The translations under genes and the position numbers were made by a program. This document shows positions 56,469 to 64,000 of a stretch of 64,000 nucleotides of DNA, in pieces. The DNA is from an uncultured Candidatus Saccharibacteria bacterium. GTDB taxonomy: Bacteria > Patescibacteriota > Minisyncoccia > Phycocordibacterales > UBA1006. Every line of letters starts with the position of its first letter. The stretch's first letter is position 1. The notes under the pieces were generated by a model, which saw nothing but the letters and a program-made list of their open reading frames with translations, ran no database searches and had not been told where the DNA came from. Location of the stretch: the NCBI GenBank assembly GCA_964507625.1, contig CAZDPR010000003.1, forward strand, positions 15,101 to 79,100. Reading direction: 5' to 3'.

Positions 56469-57512
56469 TTAATACGGAAAAATATCAATTAATTCACCTG
56501 AATAATAAAATTCATGTGCTAAATCACCAAAAGTATATTGTTGTCCATTCACCGTAATTGGAGCACCTCCTGCTTGAGGATTAGGTTTTGGAATAGATCG
56601 ATTAAATCCAAGATTATAAAGCGTCGCTAATACTCCAGGATTTTTTGTAATATCATACCCAGCACGTTCCCATTGTGCAGCTACTTGTCGCATAAACAGA
56701 CCAACATATAAATAGGAATAATATGTATTTTTTGTGTCAGTAATTCGATTAAACCGTACATCCTCAGGATTTATTCCTGCAGGATACGATACCAGATTTT
56801 CCATAGATTTCCCTAAATAAAAAACTGAGTTTGGATTTTTTAAATTTTCATCAATACGAGCAACGGTTTCTGGTTTTAATCCAGCAATACCAAATGAAAA
56901 TTTGGATAATGATGCAAGAATTTTCAATGGCTCAAAATATTGTTTAAATGAATCTCGTGCATTAGTAAAAAATCGGAACTGTTCTCCAATAACACCACCT
57001 AATAATAATCGTGGTGAAATACCCGCATCACGAGCCGCCTGAATAATGTATTCCTGATCACGAGTAAATGCTGATTTCATAACTTCCCATTCAGCTGAAT
57101 CTGCCCATGCAAAAGCTGTTTTTGCAATTGGTTTTGTGTTTGGAACAATTGCTGTAGTGCACTGCTCCATTTCTGATATAAATTTTTTGTCACCCAAAAA
57201 ACGATTGCTAGCAGTACCGATCATTTCCTGAATGAGTGAAACATCTTGAGAAGTTTGCACTACAGAATAAATATTTCTAGCTGTTTCTGGGGCATAATTT
57301 GCGATCACATGAATTTTACATAAAATCATTGCACGAGTAATTTTACCATCCTGAGGCAATAATTGTGCAACATTACTCTGCAGTGATCGATTGCGCTCAC
57401 TGATTGTACCGCGAACATTTAATAATCCAAATTGCATGGCAATAAATACACTAAAAAACAGAAATCCAATTCCTGCAAAAATAATAAGTGTGATTTTTAA
57501 AAAGTGCGACAT
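56469..57512 (-). CDS. Hypothetical membrane-anchored protein (347 aa)
   Basis: N-terminal TM; no recognised motif. Confidence 0.4.
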   Translation of the reverse strand: MSHFLKITLIIFAGIGFLFFSVFIAMQFGLLNVRGTISERNRSLQSNVAQLLPQDGKITRAMILCKIHVIANYAPETARNIYSVVQTSQDVSLIQEMIGTASNRFLGDKKFISEMEQCTTAIVPNTKPIAKTAFAWADSAEWEVMKSAFTRDQEYIIQAARDAGISPRLLLGGVIGEQFRFFTNARDSFKQYFEPLKILASLSKFSFGIAGLKPETVARIDENLKNPNSVFYLGKSMENLVSYPAGINPEDVRFNRITDTKNTYYSYLYVGLFMRQVAAQWERAGYDITKNPGVLATLYNLGFNRSIPKPNPQAGGAPITVNGQQYTFGDLAHEFYYSGELIDIFPY

Positions 57513-57518
57513 AAAAAA

Positions 57519-58688
57519 TTAACGAACAACACCACCGCCAATACATACATTATTTTCAAAAACAACAATGGATTGTCCAGGTGATACTGATTCTCTGGTT
57601 GTAATAGTTATTTGATAATCATTTGATTCTGATTTTTGGAGCATACATGGATATTCATTTCCGTGATATCGAATTTGTGCTGAATATATTTTTGCTAAAT
57701 CTGGCTCAATACGCCACACACAATCCTGTAATAAAATAACTGATTGATCAGATTTCTGTAGAGGAGTATGTGCAACAGTGAGTATATTTGCGGTGATGTC
57801 TTTTTTAATTACATAATACGGTGCGTCATCAGGGGTTTTTTTATGAATCGTAAACCCATGTCGCTCTCCTAATGTATATAACAACACTCCGTTATGTGTT
57901 CCAATAATTTCGCCAGATACATTCACTACATCACCCGGTTGTTTTGGTACATAATGATTCAAAAATTCTTTCATATCGACTTCACCAATAAAACAAATAC
58001 CTTGTGAATCTTTTTTTGCTGCAACAGGTATCATATAAAGCCATGCTAAAAAACGGGTAAATGATTTTTTAAAACCTCCAACAGGAAAGAGTATTTTTGC
58101 TAATTGTTCTCGATTGAGGGTCCATAAAAAATATGATTGATCTTTTGATTGATCAATACCTTTATAGAGATCTTTTTGATTCGTTTGTGCATAATGACCC
58201 GTAGCAACAAAATCCGCACCGTGTTTTAAAGCATAACGCAAAAAACCGCCGAACTTTACTTCTCGATTACACATAACATCAGGATTAGGAGTTCTTCCTT
58301 CTCGATATTCGTGAATCATATAATCAGCAACACCTTGTTTATATTCTTGTTCCAAATCAAGCTCAAGAAAAGGAATTTCTAAATGAGCACACACCCGCAT
58401 CGCATCTCTTCGTTCATCACGCCAAGTGCATTCTATCCAATCCGGTTGCCATGTCCGAATAAACACACCTGTTACATCGTATCCATATAATTTTAATAGT
58501 AGCGCAGATACACTAGAATCCACTCCACCGGAAACACCAACAAAAACCCGTTTTCCATTACCGGGCTTAATAATACACATCCAGAAATGCTTCAAAAAGG
58601 AAATCATATTGCTACCATAACAGAAAATAGAAAATAAAAAAAGCGACCTATTCGATCGCCTACTTATGTTCAAAAACTTTTTTCCCAA
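57519..58688 (-). CDS. mnmA: tRNA-specific 2-thiouridylase MnmA
   Basis: PP-loop VGVSGGVDSS. The true start is probably internal, since the ORF N-terminus overlaps the next gene. Confidence 0.85.
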   Translation of the reverse strand: MGKKFLNISRRSNRSLFLFSIFCYGSNMISFLKHFWMCIIKPGNGKRVFVGVSGGVDSSVSALLLKLYGYDVTGVFIRTWQPDWIECTWRDERRDAMRVCAHLEIPFLELDLEQEYKQGVADYMIHEYREGRTPNPDVMCNREVKFGGFLRYALKHGADFVATGHYAQTNQKDLYKGIDQSKDQSYFLWTLNREQLAKILFPVGGFKKSFTRFLAWLYMIPVAAKKDSQGICFIGEVDMKEFLNHYVPKQPGDVVNVSGEIIGTHNGVLLYTLGERHGFTIHKKTPDDAPYYVIKKDITANILTVAHTPLQKSDQSVILLQDCVWRIEPDLAKIYSAQIRYHGNEYPCMLQKSESNDYQITITTRESVSPGQSIVVFENNVCIGGGVVR

Positions 58689-59367
58689 TCCATTCTATTT
58701 TTTGGATAAACTTAGAAGGATTAGTTTTGAGTTCTTTTATATAGGTGAGTACTGGGTTTCCATATTTTGAGAATTTATATTCTCTTTTTTTAAGAGCTAA
58801 CTCAAAATGCTTTTTTGAAGTTTTAATATCAACCCCAAAATTTTCCCCATTTTCCCATTCAATAATCAAATCGGAGTGAAGAAATTTATCTTCATTTTTA
58901 TTTGATTTTCTGACAGATCTTATCATTGAGCTACCTTTTTGAACTTCACTGTCAACAACATCGAAAGCAAGAGATTCAGTTTCATATCCTCGCATTCGTG
59001 CATGTATTTCTTCATTAATTTTTTTATATAAATTATTATAATTAACAAGATCTCCATTAATTATAATATTAAGGTTTTGTGAATTTGTTCTTTCAATAAA
59101 CATATCACTACTTATCCTTTTTAAAAATGAAAAAGTAAATTCAATTTTTTCTCCGGTTATTAAGTTTATTCTGTAAAACAACTGAATAGAAGAAAGTACT
59201 TCAAGTGTTTCTATTTTTCGTAATAAAATGAATTCTTGAAAAATAGAGTTTAAATCTTTTTTAAGAAGAATGTCTCGTTGATTACCCCATTGATTGTAAG
59301 GAATCTTTTTTCTCGATTGTTCACCTTTTTCATAAGAAGAAAGATGAACACTTTTTTTCTTGCTCAT
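58660..59367 (-). CDS. Hypothetical protein (235 aa) with a possible PD-(D/E)xK-like motif
   Basis: SDLIIEWENGENFGVDIKTSKK gives a D-x13-D-I-K arrangement. Speculative. Confidence 0.3.
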   Translation of the reverse strand: MSKKKSVHLSSYEKGEQSRKKIPYNQWGNQRDILLKKDLNSIFQEFILLRKIETLEVLSSIQLFYRINLITGEKIEFTFSFLKRISSDMFIERTNSQNLNIIINGDLVNYNNLYKKINEEIHARMRGYETESLAFDVVDSEVQKGSSMIRSVRKSNKNEDKFLHSDLIIEWENGENFGVDIKTSKKHFELALKKREYKFSKYGNPVLTYIKELKTNPSKFIQKIEWIGKKVFEHK

Positions 59368-59427
59368 CTTAACTTGTTTTTTCTAAAATACCACAAAAAT
59401 AAAAAAATGCAAGTATTCTGCATTTTT

Positions 59428-59967
59428 TTATATCACCATTAATTTTTTAAATATTTCAAAAGTTGCACGTATGTCTGCCAATGCAGTGTGCGCCTTTTCA
59501 TTTTTTACCCCCAGTCGTTCACAGAGTTCTCGTAATGTAAAACTGGTCATTGTTGGATCTTTTCGAAACCGCATATACGCAAGTGGAATAGTGTCGAGTT
59601 TTGCGTAAAAAAATGGATCTTTAATATTTTTTTTACCAAAAGCAACGGCTAAAAATGAATAGTCAAAGCTTACATTTTGCGCCACCATAACACATCCATC
59701 ACATTTTTGAGAAAGCACGGTGAGTGCTTCTTCTAATGAATGCGCGAACATCCAATCAGTTTCGTTGTACCCATTAATACGGAGCGCTTCCTGTTCTGCG
59801 GTTTCTATATGTTCTGGTTTTATTTTATACTCAAACTCCTCTATCATTACCCATTCGCCTTTTTCATCCTGTTTTGCAATTAAGCAACCTAGTTCAACAA
59901 TTTCATGTTTATATGGATTAGTCCCTGTTGTTTCAATATCAACAAATGCTAAACGTTTTCCTTTCAT
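59428..59967 (-). CDS. DnaQ-like 3'-5' exonuclease (DEDDh)
   Basis: FVDIETTG (Exo I); NVSFDYSFL; HTALADIRAT (Exo III with His). Confidence 0.8.
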   Translation of the reverse strand: MKGKRLAFVDIETTGTNPYKHEIVELGCLIAKQDEKGEWVMIEEFEYKIKPEHIETAEQEALRINGYNETDWMFAHSLEEALTVLSQKCDGCVMVAQNVSFDYSFLAVAFGKKNIKDPFFYAKLDTIPLAYMRFRKDPTMTSFTLRELCERLGVKNEKAHTALADIRATFEIFKKLMVI

Positions 59968-59992
59968 AGATATAATTTTATTAACTCATAAA

Positions 59993-61030
59993 TTAACGCA
60001 AATATCGTCTTTTATTTGCAACATGCTCATCATGTGTTTTCCCATATCGAATAGCGCCACTATCATCATGAAGATAGTACCAATATTCAGATTTTTGTGG
60101 TTCGAGGGCAGCCTGAATCATTGCTTCGCCAGGATTATTAATTGGACCAATCGGTAAACCTTTCCGAGTATAGGTATTATAGGGATTATCAGTACGCAAA
60201 TCTTTCAAGGTTAAATTACTACTCCCCTTTTGGTGTGTATATAAAAATGTGGCATCTACCTGCATTGGCATACCTGAATCTATTCTTTTCCATAAAATTC
60301 CAGCAATAATCTTTGCCTCTTCTGCATTATATGCTTCTTTTTCTAAAATAGATGCCATAGTAATAATTTCTTTCCATGTTCGTTGTTTCCCTCCAAAAGA
60401 ATCCTTCGTTAGTCCATTTCTGTTAAAAAATGAATTAAATTTATTTTCTATTCGATCAGATTCCTGTTTCAACGAATTAATAACTTGGTCTACCGAAGTT
60501 GTCCTAAAGAAAAAATAGGTATTTGGAAATAAAAATCCTTCCTGTTCTTTGGTTTTTAGTAAAAATTCTCCCGTATTAAAATCGGGAATTGATTTTTGTA
60601 AAATTTCTGACATCTGCACTATTGTTATTCCTTCTGGGAAAGTAACTCGAATTTGACCATTACCATATATTCCTCGATTTATTCTATATAAAACTGCAAA
60701 TACGGTTTCTGGTTTTTCAAAAATATAATCACCAACAATAATTGGTTTTTTATTAAATCGTGCAGAGAGGAGAATTCTAAACCAATCAGCAGAACGAATA
60801 ACATTCGACTCCTTGAGAACCTGCGCCAAATCCCGAGAAAGCATACCGGGATAAATAGTAATAACAGTATCAGGGGTAAAATTTTTTGGTGGACGGGAAA
60901 GGATAGTAATAATGAGCAAGATTATAATAATACAAAAAATAATTCCAAAAAAAACATAACGAAAAAAACCAGAAGGTTTTTTCGGGGTAAACTCAAAAGA
61001 ATATAATGGTTTGCGATTCTTATTAAACAT
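59993..61030 (-). CDS. mltG: Endolytic murein transglycosylase MltG (YceG family)
   Basis: N-terminal TM; YceG-like domain with FPEG...; ILEKEA; NPYNTYTRKGLPIGPINNPG. Confidence 0.8.
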   Translation of the reverse strand: MFNKNRKPLYSFEFTPKKPSGFFRYVFFGIIFCIIIILLIITILSRPPKNFTPDTVITIYPGMLSRDLAQVLKESNVIRSADWFRILLSARFNKKPIIVGDYIFEKPETVFAVLYRINRGIYGNGQIRVTFPEGITIVQMSEILQKSIPDFNTGEFLLKTKEQEGFLFPNTYFFFRTTSVDQVINSLKQESDRIENKFNSFFNRNGLTKDSFGGKQRTWKEIITMASILEKEAYNAEEAKIIAGILWKRIDSGMPMQVDATFLYTHQKGSSNLTLKDLRTDNPYNTYTRKGLPIGPINNPGEAMIQAALEPQKSEYWYYLHDDSGAIRYGKTHDEHVANKRRYLR

Positions 61031-61036
61031 ACTACA

Positions 61037-62443
61037 TTAAATAGGAAGATTAGCGGGTGGTTCAGCTTTTTGGGCAGCAATACGCTCAAATGATCCTGTA
61101 GTGGAAACACGACCAGGAAAATGGAAAATTGTTGCAAGCTCTTCAGTGTTGAGCGTGAACGGTTTTTTTCCATCTTTTTCAACAGAAAAGAAATAAAATT
61201 TATCTTCTGAAGAAGTTGCAGGTGCATAATAATATGCACGCTTTACATATTGTTCAAACATTTTTTTCTGATTTTTTGTAGCACGAACACCTTCGGGATC
61301 TTGCCAAGGAAAATCAAATGCATTTGTAAAATTGGTCATTGATAAGCCATTGTAAGGCGCTGTTTTGGGTGCTGCAAACTGACGAAGCGCACTAGTGATT
61401 TCTGTCGGACAACGCATACCATTAAATGATTCTTTTTTAGCGTAATAAATGACCCGAATACCAACATCAAAACCGAGTTTAGTAATACTTCGTTCAATCC
61501 GATCAACAAGCTCTTTTTTATCTGGGGGAAGATTTTTATATCCACCTACTTTTTTTGCTTTTTCACCTTCACCTGCAGTTGCAGTTGCGTAATCATCGAG
61601 AATTTCCTTAACCAATCGTTGACCCTGTGCCTGCCAGTCCTCAATCTTACCATCTTTTTCTAAATGAAGATAGTCTTCCTTTTCACCAAATAAATGTTTA
61701 AAAAACCAGTCTTCTTGTTTTGCTTCACTGAGTTTTAAATTTTTACCAGCAGCCCGAACGAAAATCTGAATCCAAACCTGCTCACCTTTTTTCAGTGAGC
61801 CAAGCATTTCGATGAGCGGTGTGAGCGGATCAATTTTCTGTTCTTCATCTAATGATAATGATTTATTATCCATTCCAAAATCTAAATAAGTTTTAATAGG
61901 AATAGCATCATCCTTGTCAAGCTTCATTTCAAAACCACGTAATTCCCAACCATTTCCTTTTGCGAACTTGGGAACATATCGGGTATAGTCATCAACTTCA
62001 GTTACTTCAGCATTAGGATATTGTGAATAAATTTGTGTTTCTACTAAATTTTTAAATCGTGATTCTATGCGAATGAAAAAATAAATATTTCCTTCAATAG
62101 AAACAATTTCAAGCGTATGGTACGCCATTACTTTTCCTTTCCAGTTTCGGTCATACCAAGTTCCCACCCCGCCTGCCTGATATAATGCATTCGCTAAAAT
62201 AATTTCCATAGCTTCTGGAGTTTTATATACATCTTTTGGAATTTTTACTTCAAGGAGCGACCATTTGAGCCCTGATAAAAATTCTAATCGCTTCTTTTTT
62301 TTCCACCAATTTTGTGCCAATAAAAAAGAAACTAACGGAACCCAAACGACCGATGTTTTTATTACTATCGGTATAATGAGTTCACTCATGACTGATTCTA
62401 TAATAATCATAGATGTTCCAAGTATACCACAAACAAAAAACAA
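61037..62443 (-). CDS. Hypothetical membrane protein (468 aa; 2 N-terminal TM helices + large soluble domain)
   Basis: ORF; no recognised motif. Confidence 0.4.
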   Translation of the reverse strand: MFFVCGILGTSMIIIESVMSELIIPIVIKTSVVWVPLVSFLLAQNWWKKKKRLEFLSGLKWSLLEVKIPKDVYKTPEAMEIILANALYQAGGVGTWYDRNWKGKVMAYHTLEIVSIEGNIYFFIRIESRFKNLVETQIYSQYPNAEVTEVDDYTRYVPKFAKGNGWELRGFEMKLDKDDAIPIKTYLDFGMDNKSLSLDEEQKIDPLTPLIEMLGSLKKGEQVWIQIFVRAAGKNLKLSEAKQEDWFFKHLFGEKEDYLHLEKDGKIEDWQAQGQRLVKEILDDYATATAGEGEKAKKVGGYKNLPPDKKELVDRIERSITKLGFDVGIRVIYYAKKESFNGMRCPTEITSALRQFAAPKTAPYNGLSMTNFTNAFDFPWQDPEGVRATKNQKKMFEQYVKRAYYYAPATSSEDKFYFFSVEKDGKKPFTLNTEELATIFHFPGRVSTTGSFERIAAQKAEPPANLPI

Positions 62444-62460
62444 CGGAAATCCGTTGTTTT

Positions 62461-63543
62461 TTATTTTACAATTGTATATAAACCGTCTTTTGTTTTTGTA
62501 AAATATTTTGGATTTTGCAAATTTACTAAAATAGTATTTTTCTTAAGGTATCGTTCTTTCATTACTTTTTCTACAATATCTTCTTTACTCATTGGTCCTT
62601 CTGCTTTCAAAATATCAGCAATAACATCACGTACTACTCCGGTTTTATAACCCCATTCTTTTAGTGCATATACACCACGTCCCACTAATACAAATCGATC
62701 ATCTTTGATTAATTCATTGTGAGTTGTTGCAATATGTGTTTTTTTACCAAAAGTTTTATTAATTGCTGCTGCTACTTCTCGGAAATGCATTGGTGATCCA
62801 TGTCGTCGCATAACTAAATATGCATAATCTTTCACCCCACGAGTTTTCACGTTAGGAGAACTCGCTCGACCCCATTCTCCAAGTTTGTTTGAAGAAAGTG
62901 TTTTTGAAATTTGCAACCATCGTTTTGCAGTAGTCGCATCAACGTTATGTGAATCAATTTGACACACACCCTCATGGCATAAAATACGATCAATGATTTC
63001 GTTTTCAGAAATAAGGTCATGTTCAGCAAGGCTCGCATGTACATCAATGAGCGCTCGGTGTACGGTTTCTGCAACAGGATGATTCGTCACCCAACGTTTT
63101 TTATATGAATGATCTTCTTTCATTTCTCGGAATTCATCACCAAGTGTTAAATAGAGAGCAATATGATTTTGAGTAACTCGATCTGGTGCCAACATGGGGA
63201 GTAATTCTTCTTCTGCAACAATTCCACCTAAATCCTGAATAATTTTTTTCAATTCAGCAAAAATTTCTTCTGCCTCATGATAACTATCTGATTTTTTGAT
63301 AGCATTCAATGCAAAATTTTCAATTTGTCGTACTCGTTCACGAGTAATACCATATCGATTACCGATTGATTCTAAGGTCATTCGTTCTCCTGTGTCATCA
63401 AGTCCGAAACGGTTAACAACCACTTGCTGTGCTCGATCTTGGAGATGTTTTAACAATTTTTTTGTTGTCTGTTTTGGTTTAAAAGTAATAGTCACCTTTC
63501 CCATAAAATTCAGCGTAAGAAAGTTAAATGGATAATAGAACAA
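62461..63543 (-). CDS. Sigma-70 region-4-like HTH fused to C-terminal HARE-HTH-type winged-helix domain(s)
   Basis: TLESIGNRYGITRERVRQIENFALNAIKK matches sigma region 4.2. SPMHFREVAAAINKTF...RFVLVGRGVYALKEWGY matches the HARE-HTH pattern; a second HARE-like segment runs from SKEDIVEKVMKE to DGLYTIVK. Confidence 0.5.
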   Translation of the reverse strand: MFYYPFNFLTLNFMGKVTITFKPKQTTKKLLKHLQDRAQQVVVNRFGLDDTGERMTLESIGNRYGITRERVRQIENFALNAIKKSDSYHEAEEIFAELKKIIQDLGGIVAEEELLPMLAPDRVTQNHIALYLTLGDEFREMKEDHSYKKRWVTNHPVAETVHRALIDVHASLAEHDLISENEIIDRILCHEGVCQIDSHNVDATTAKRWLQISKTLSSNKLGEWGRASSPNVKTRGVKDYAYLVMRRHGSPMHFREVAAAINKTFGKKTHIATTHNELIKDDRFVLVGRGVYALKEWGYKTGVVRDVIADILKAEGPMSKEDIVEKVMKERYLKKNTILVNLQNPKYFTKTKDGLYTIVK

Positions 63544-63694
63544 TTCATTATAGAAAGAACAGTCTTTCAGTTCGATTTCCTTGTTACAAAATTATAGTAT
63601 CACGACTAAAAGCAAAAGTCAAATTTCTGTCAAGGCTTATTTTCTCAATATATTTACAAGATTGTAAAGGACATAGTATTGATCAATTTGTCCT

Positions 63695-64000
63695 TTATCG
63701 TTTCTTTAAAATCTTTTTCAAATATTTACCCGTATGACTTACTGGATTGTTTGCAACCTCTTCTGGAGTACCTTTTGCGATAATTTTCCCTCCTCCAACA
63801 CCACCCTCAGGACCGAAATCTAATAGGTAGTCTGCACATTTAATTACATCTAAATTATGTTCAATTAATACTACTGTATTTCCACGATCTACTAATTTTT
63901 CGAGCACTTGAATGAGTCGTTTTACATCTTCAAAGTGAAGTCCTACAGTAGGTTCGTCTAGTAAGTAAATCGTTTTTTGCGTCATCGGACGATACAGTTC
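63695..64000 (-). CDS. uvrA: Excinuclease ABC subunit A, C-terminal part (gene continues beyond window end)
   Basis: [20 protein letters not shown]...[27 protein letters not shown] is the second ABC signature/Walker B region of UvrA. Confidence 0.85.
   Translation of the reverse strand, partial: ELYRPMTQKTIYLLDEPTVGLHFEDVKRLIQVLEKLVDRGNTVVLIEHNLDVIKCADYLLDFGPEGGVGGGKIIAKGTPEEVANNPVSHTGKYLKKILKKR

Noticed and set aside
57519-58688. N-terminal 40-aa extension of mnmA overlapping the upstream gene by 29 nt
   Set aside because: The conserved PP-loop begins about 50 aa in. The true start is probably an internal Met, so the overlap is likely an ORF-calling artefact rather than a frameshift or fusion.
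1-64000. CRISPR arrays, rRNA genes, transposases/IS elements and alternative genetic code
   Set aside because: No regularly spaced direct repeats, no rRNA-like segments and no transposase or integrase motifs were seen. Long conserved ORFs (topA, dnaK, alaS, pepF) terminate normally, so there is no sign of UGA or UAG reassignment.

Overview
This is a low-GC (about 33%), gene-dense bacterial window that uses the standard genetic code: long conserved genes such as topA, dnaK, alaS and pepF have no in-frame stops. Its minimal domain architectures suggest a small-genome, CPR/Patescibacteria-like organism. These include an AlaRS without C-Ala, a RelA/SpoT without ACT, a DnaJ without a zinc finger and a Cys-less L36. 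Many genes sit within 25 nt of a sigma70-type -10 and lack a Shine-Dalgarno sequence.

Layout:
- 1-9.7 kb is a mosaic accessory/defence region. It carries an HNH-like protein, a DpnI-family methyl-directed restriction enzyme, a RhuM-Doc/Fic toxin with a distant VbhA-like antitoxin candidate, DUF2132, DUF1905, a MauE/DoxX-like protein, and an msrA / DUF2892 / TspO / rhodanese stress cluster. Most genes there have their own promoter and terminator, and the first ~900 bp are atypically GC-rich.
- 10-35 kb is core genome: greA, two class-B PBPs, dnaX plus tRNA-Gln, dus, an FtsQ-like protein, serS, dprA, topA, ychF, a family-4 UDG, NDH-2, an ECF sigma with an anti-sigma-like partner, relA/spoT, tRNA-Ala, a DUF305 protein, and the dcw cluster mraZ-rsmH-ftsL-ftsI. 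Three GTGGGAT MraZ boxes are visible in the mraZ promoter.
- 35.7-37.5 kb: tRNA-Ile flanked by a GC-rich (about 45-48%) two-gene insert encoding a lipoprotein and a GH25 lysozyme.
- 37.5-64 kb is almost entirely minus-strand: rplU, cysS (plus strand), dnaJ(cbpA-like)-dnaK, a divergent PaaX-like regulator, grpE, the rpsI-rplM / rplQ-rpoA-rpsD-rpsK-rpsM-rpmJ-infA block, two large hypothetical proteins, alaS, pepF, mgtC, mnmA, a DnaQ-like exonuclease, mltG, a sigma-region-4 + HARE-HTH protein and the 3' end of uvrA.

The main hunt results are:
- A roughly 100-nt highly structured RNA driven by a consensus promoter and fused directly upstream of tRNA-Ala.
- A perfect 14-2-14 palindrome straddling the divergent dnaK and PaaX-like promoters, with no CIRCE/hrcA nearby.
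- The tRNA-Ile-linked GC-rich lysozyme/lipoprotein insert.
- The DpnI / Doc-Fic / VbhA-like defence mosaic.

No CRISPR array, rRNA, transposase or integrase was seen.
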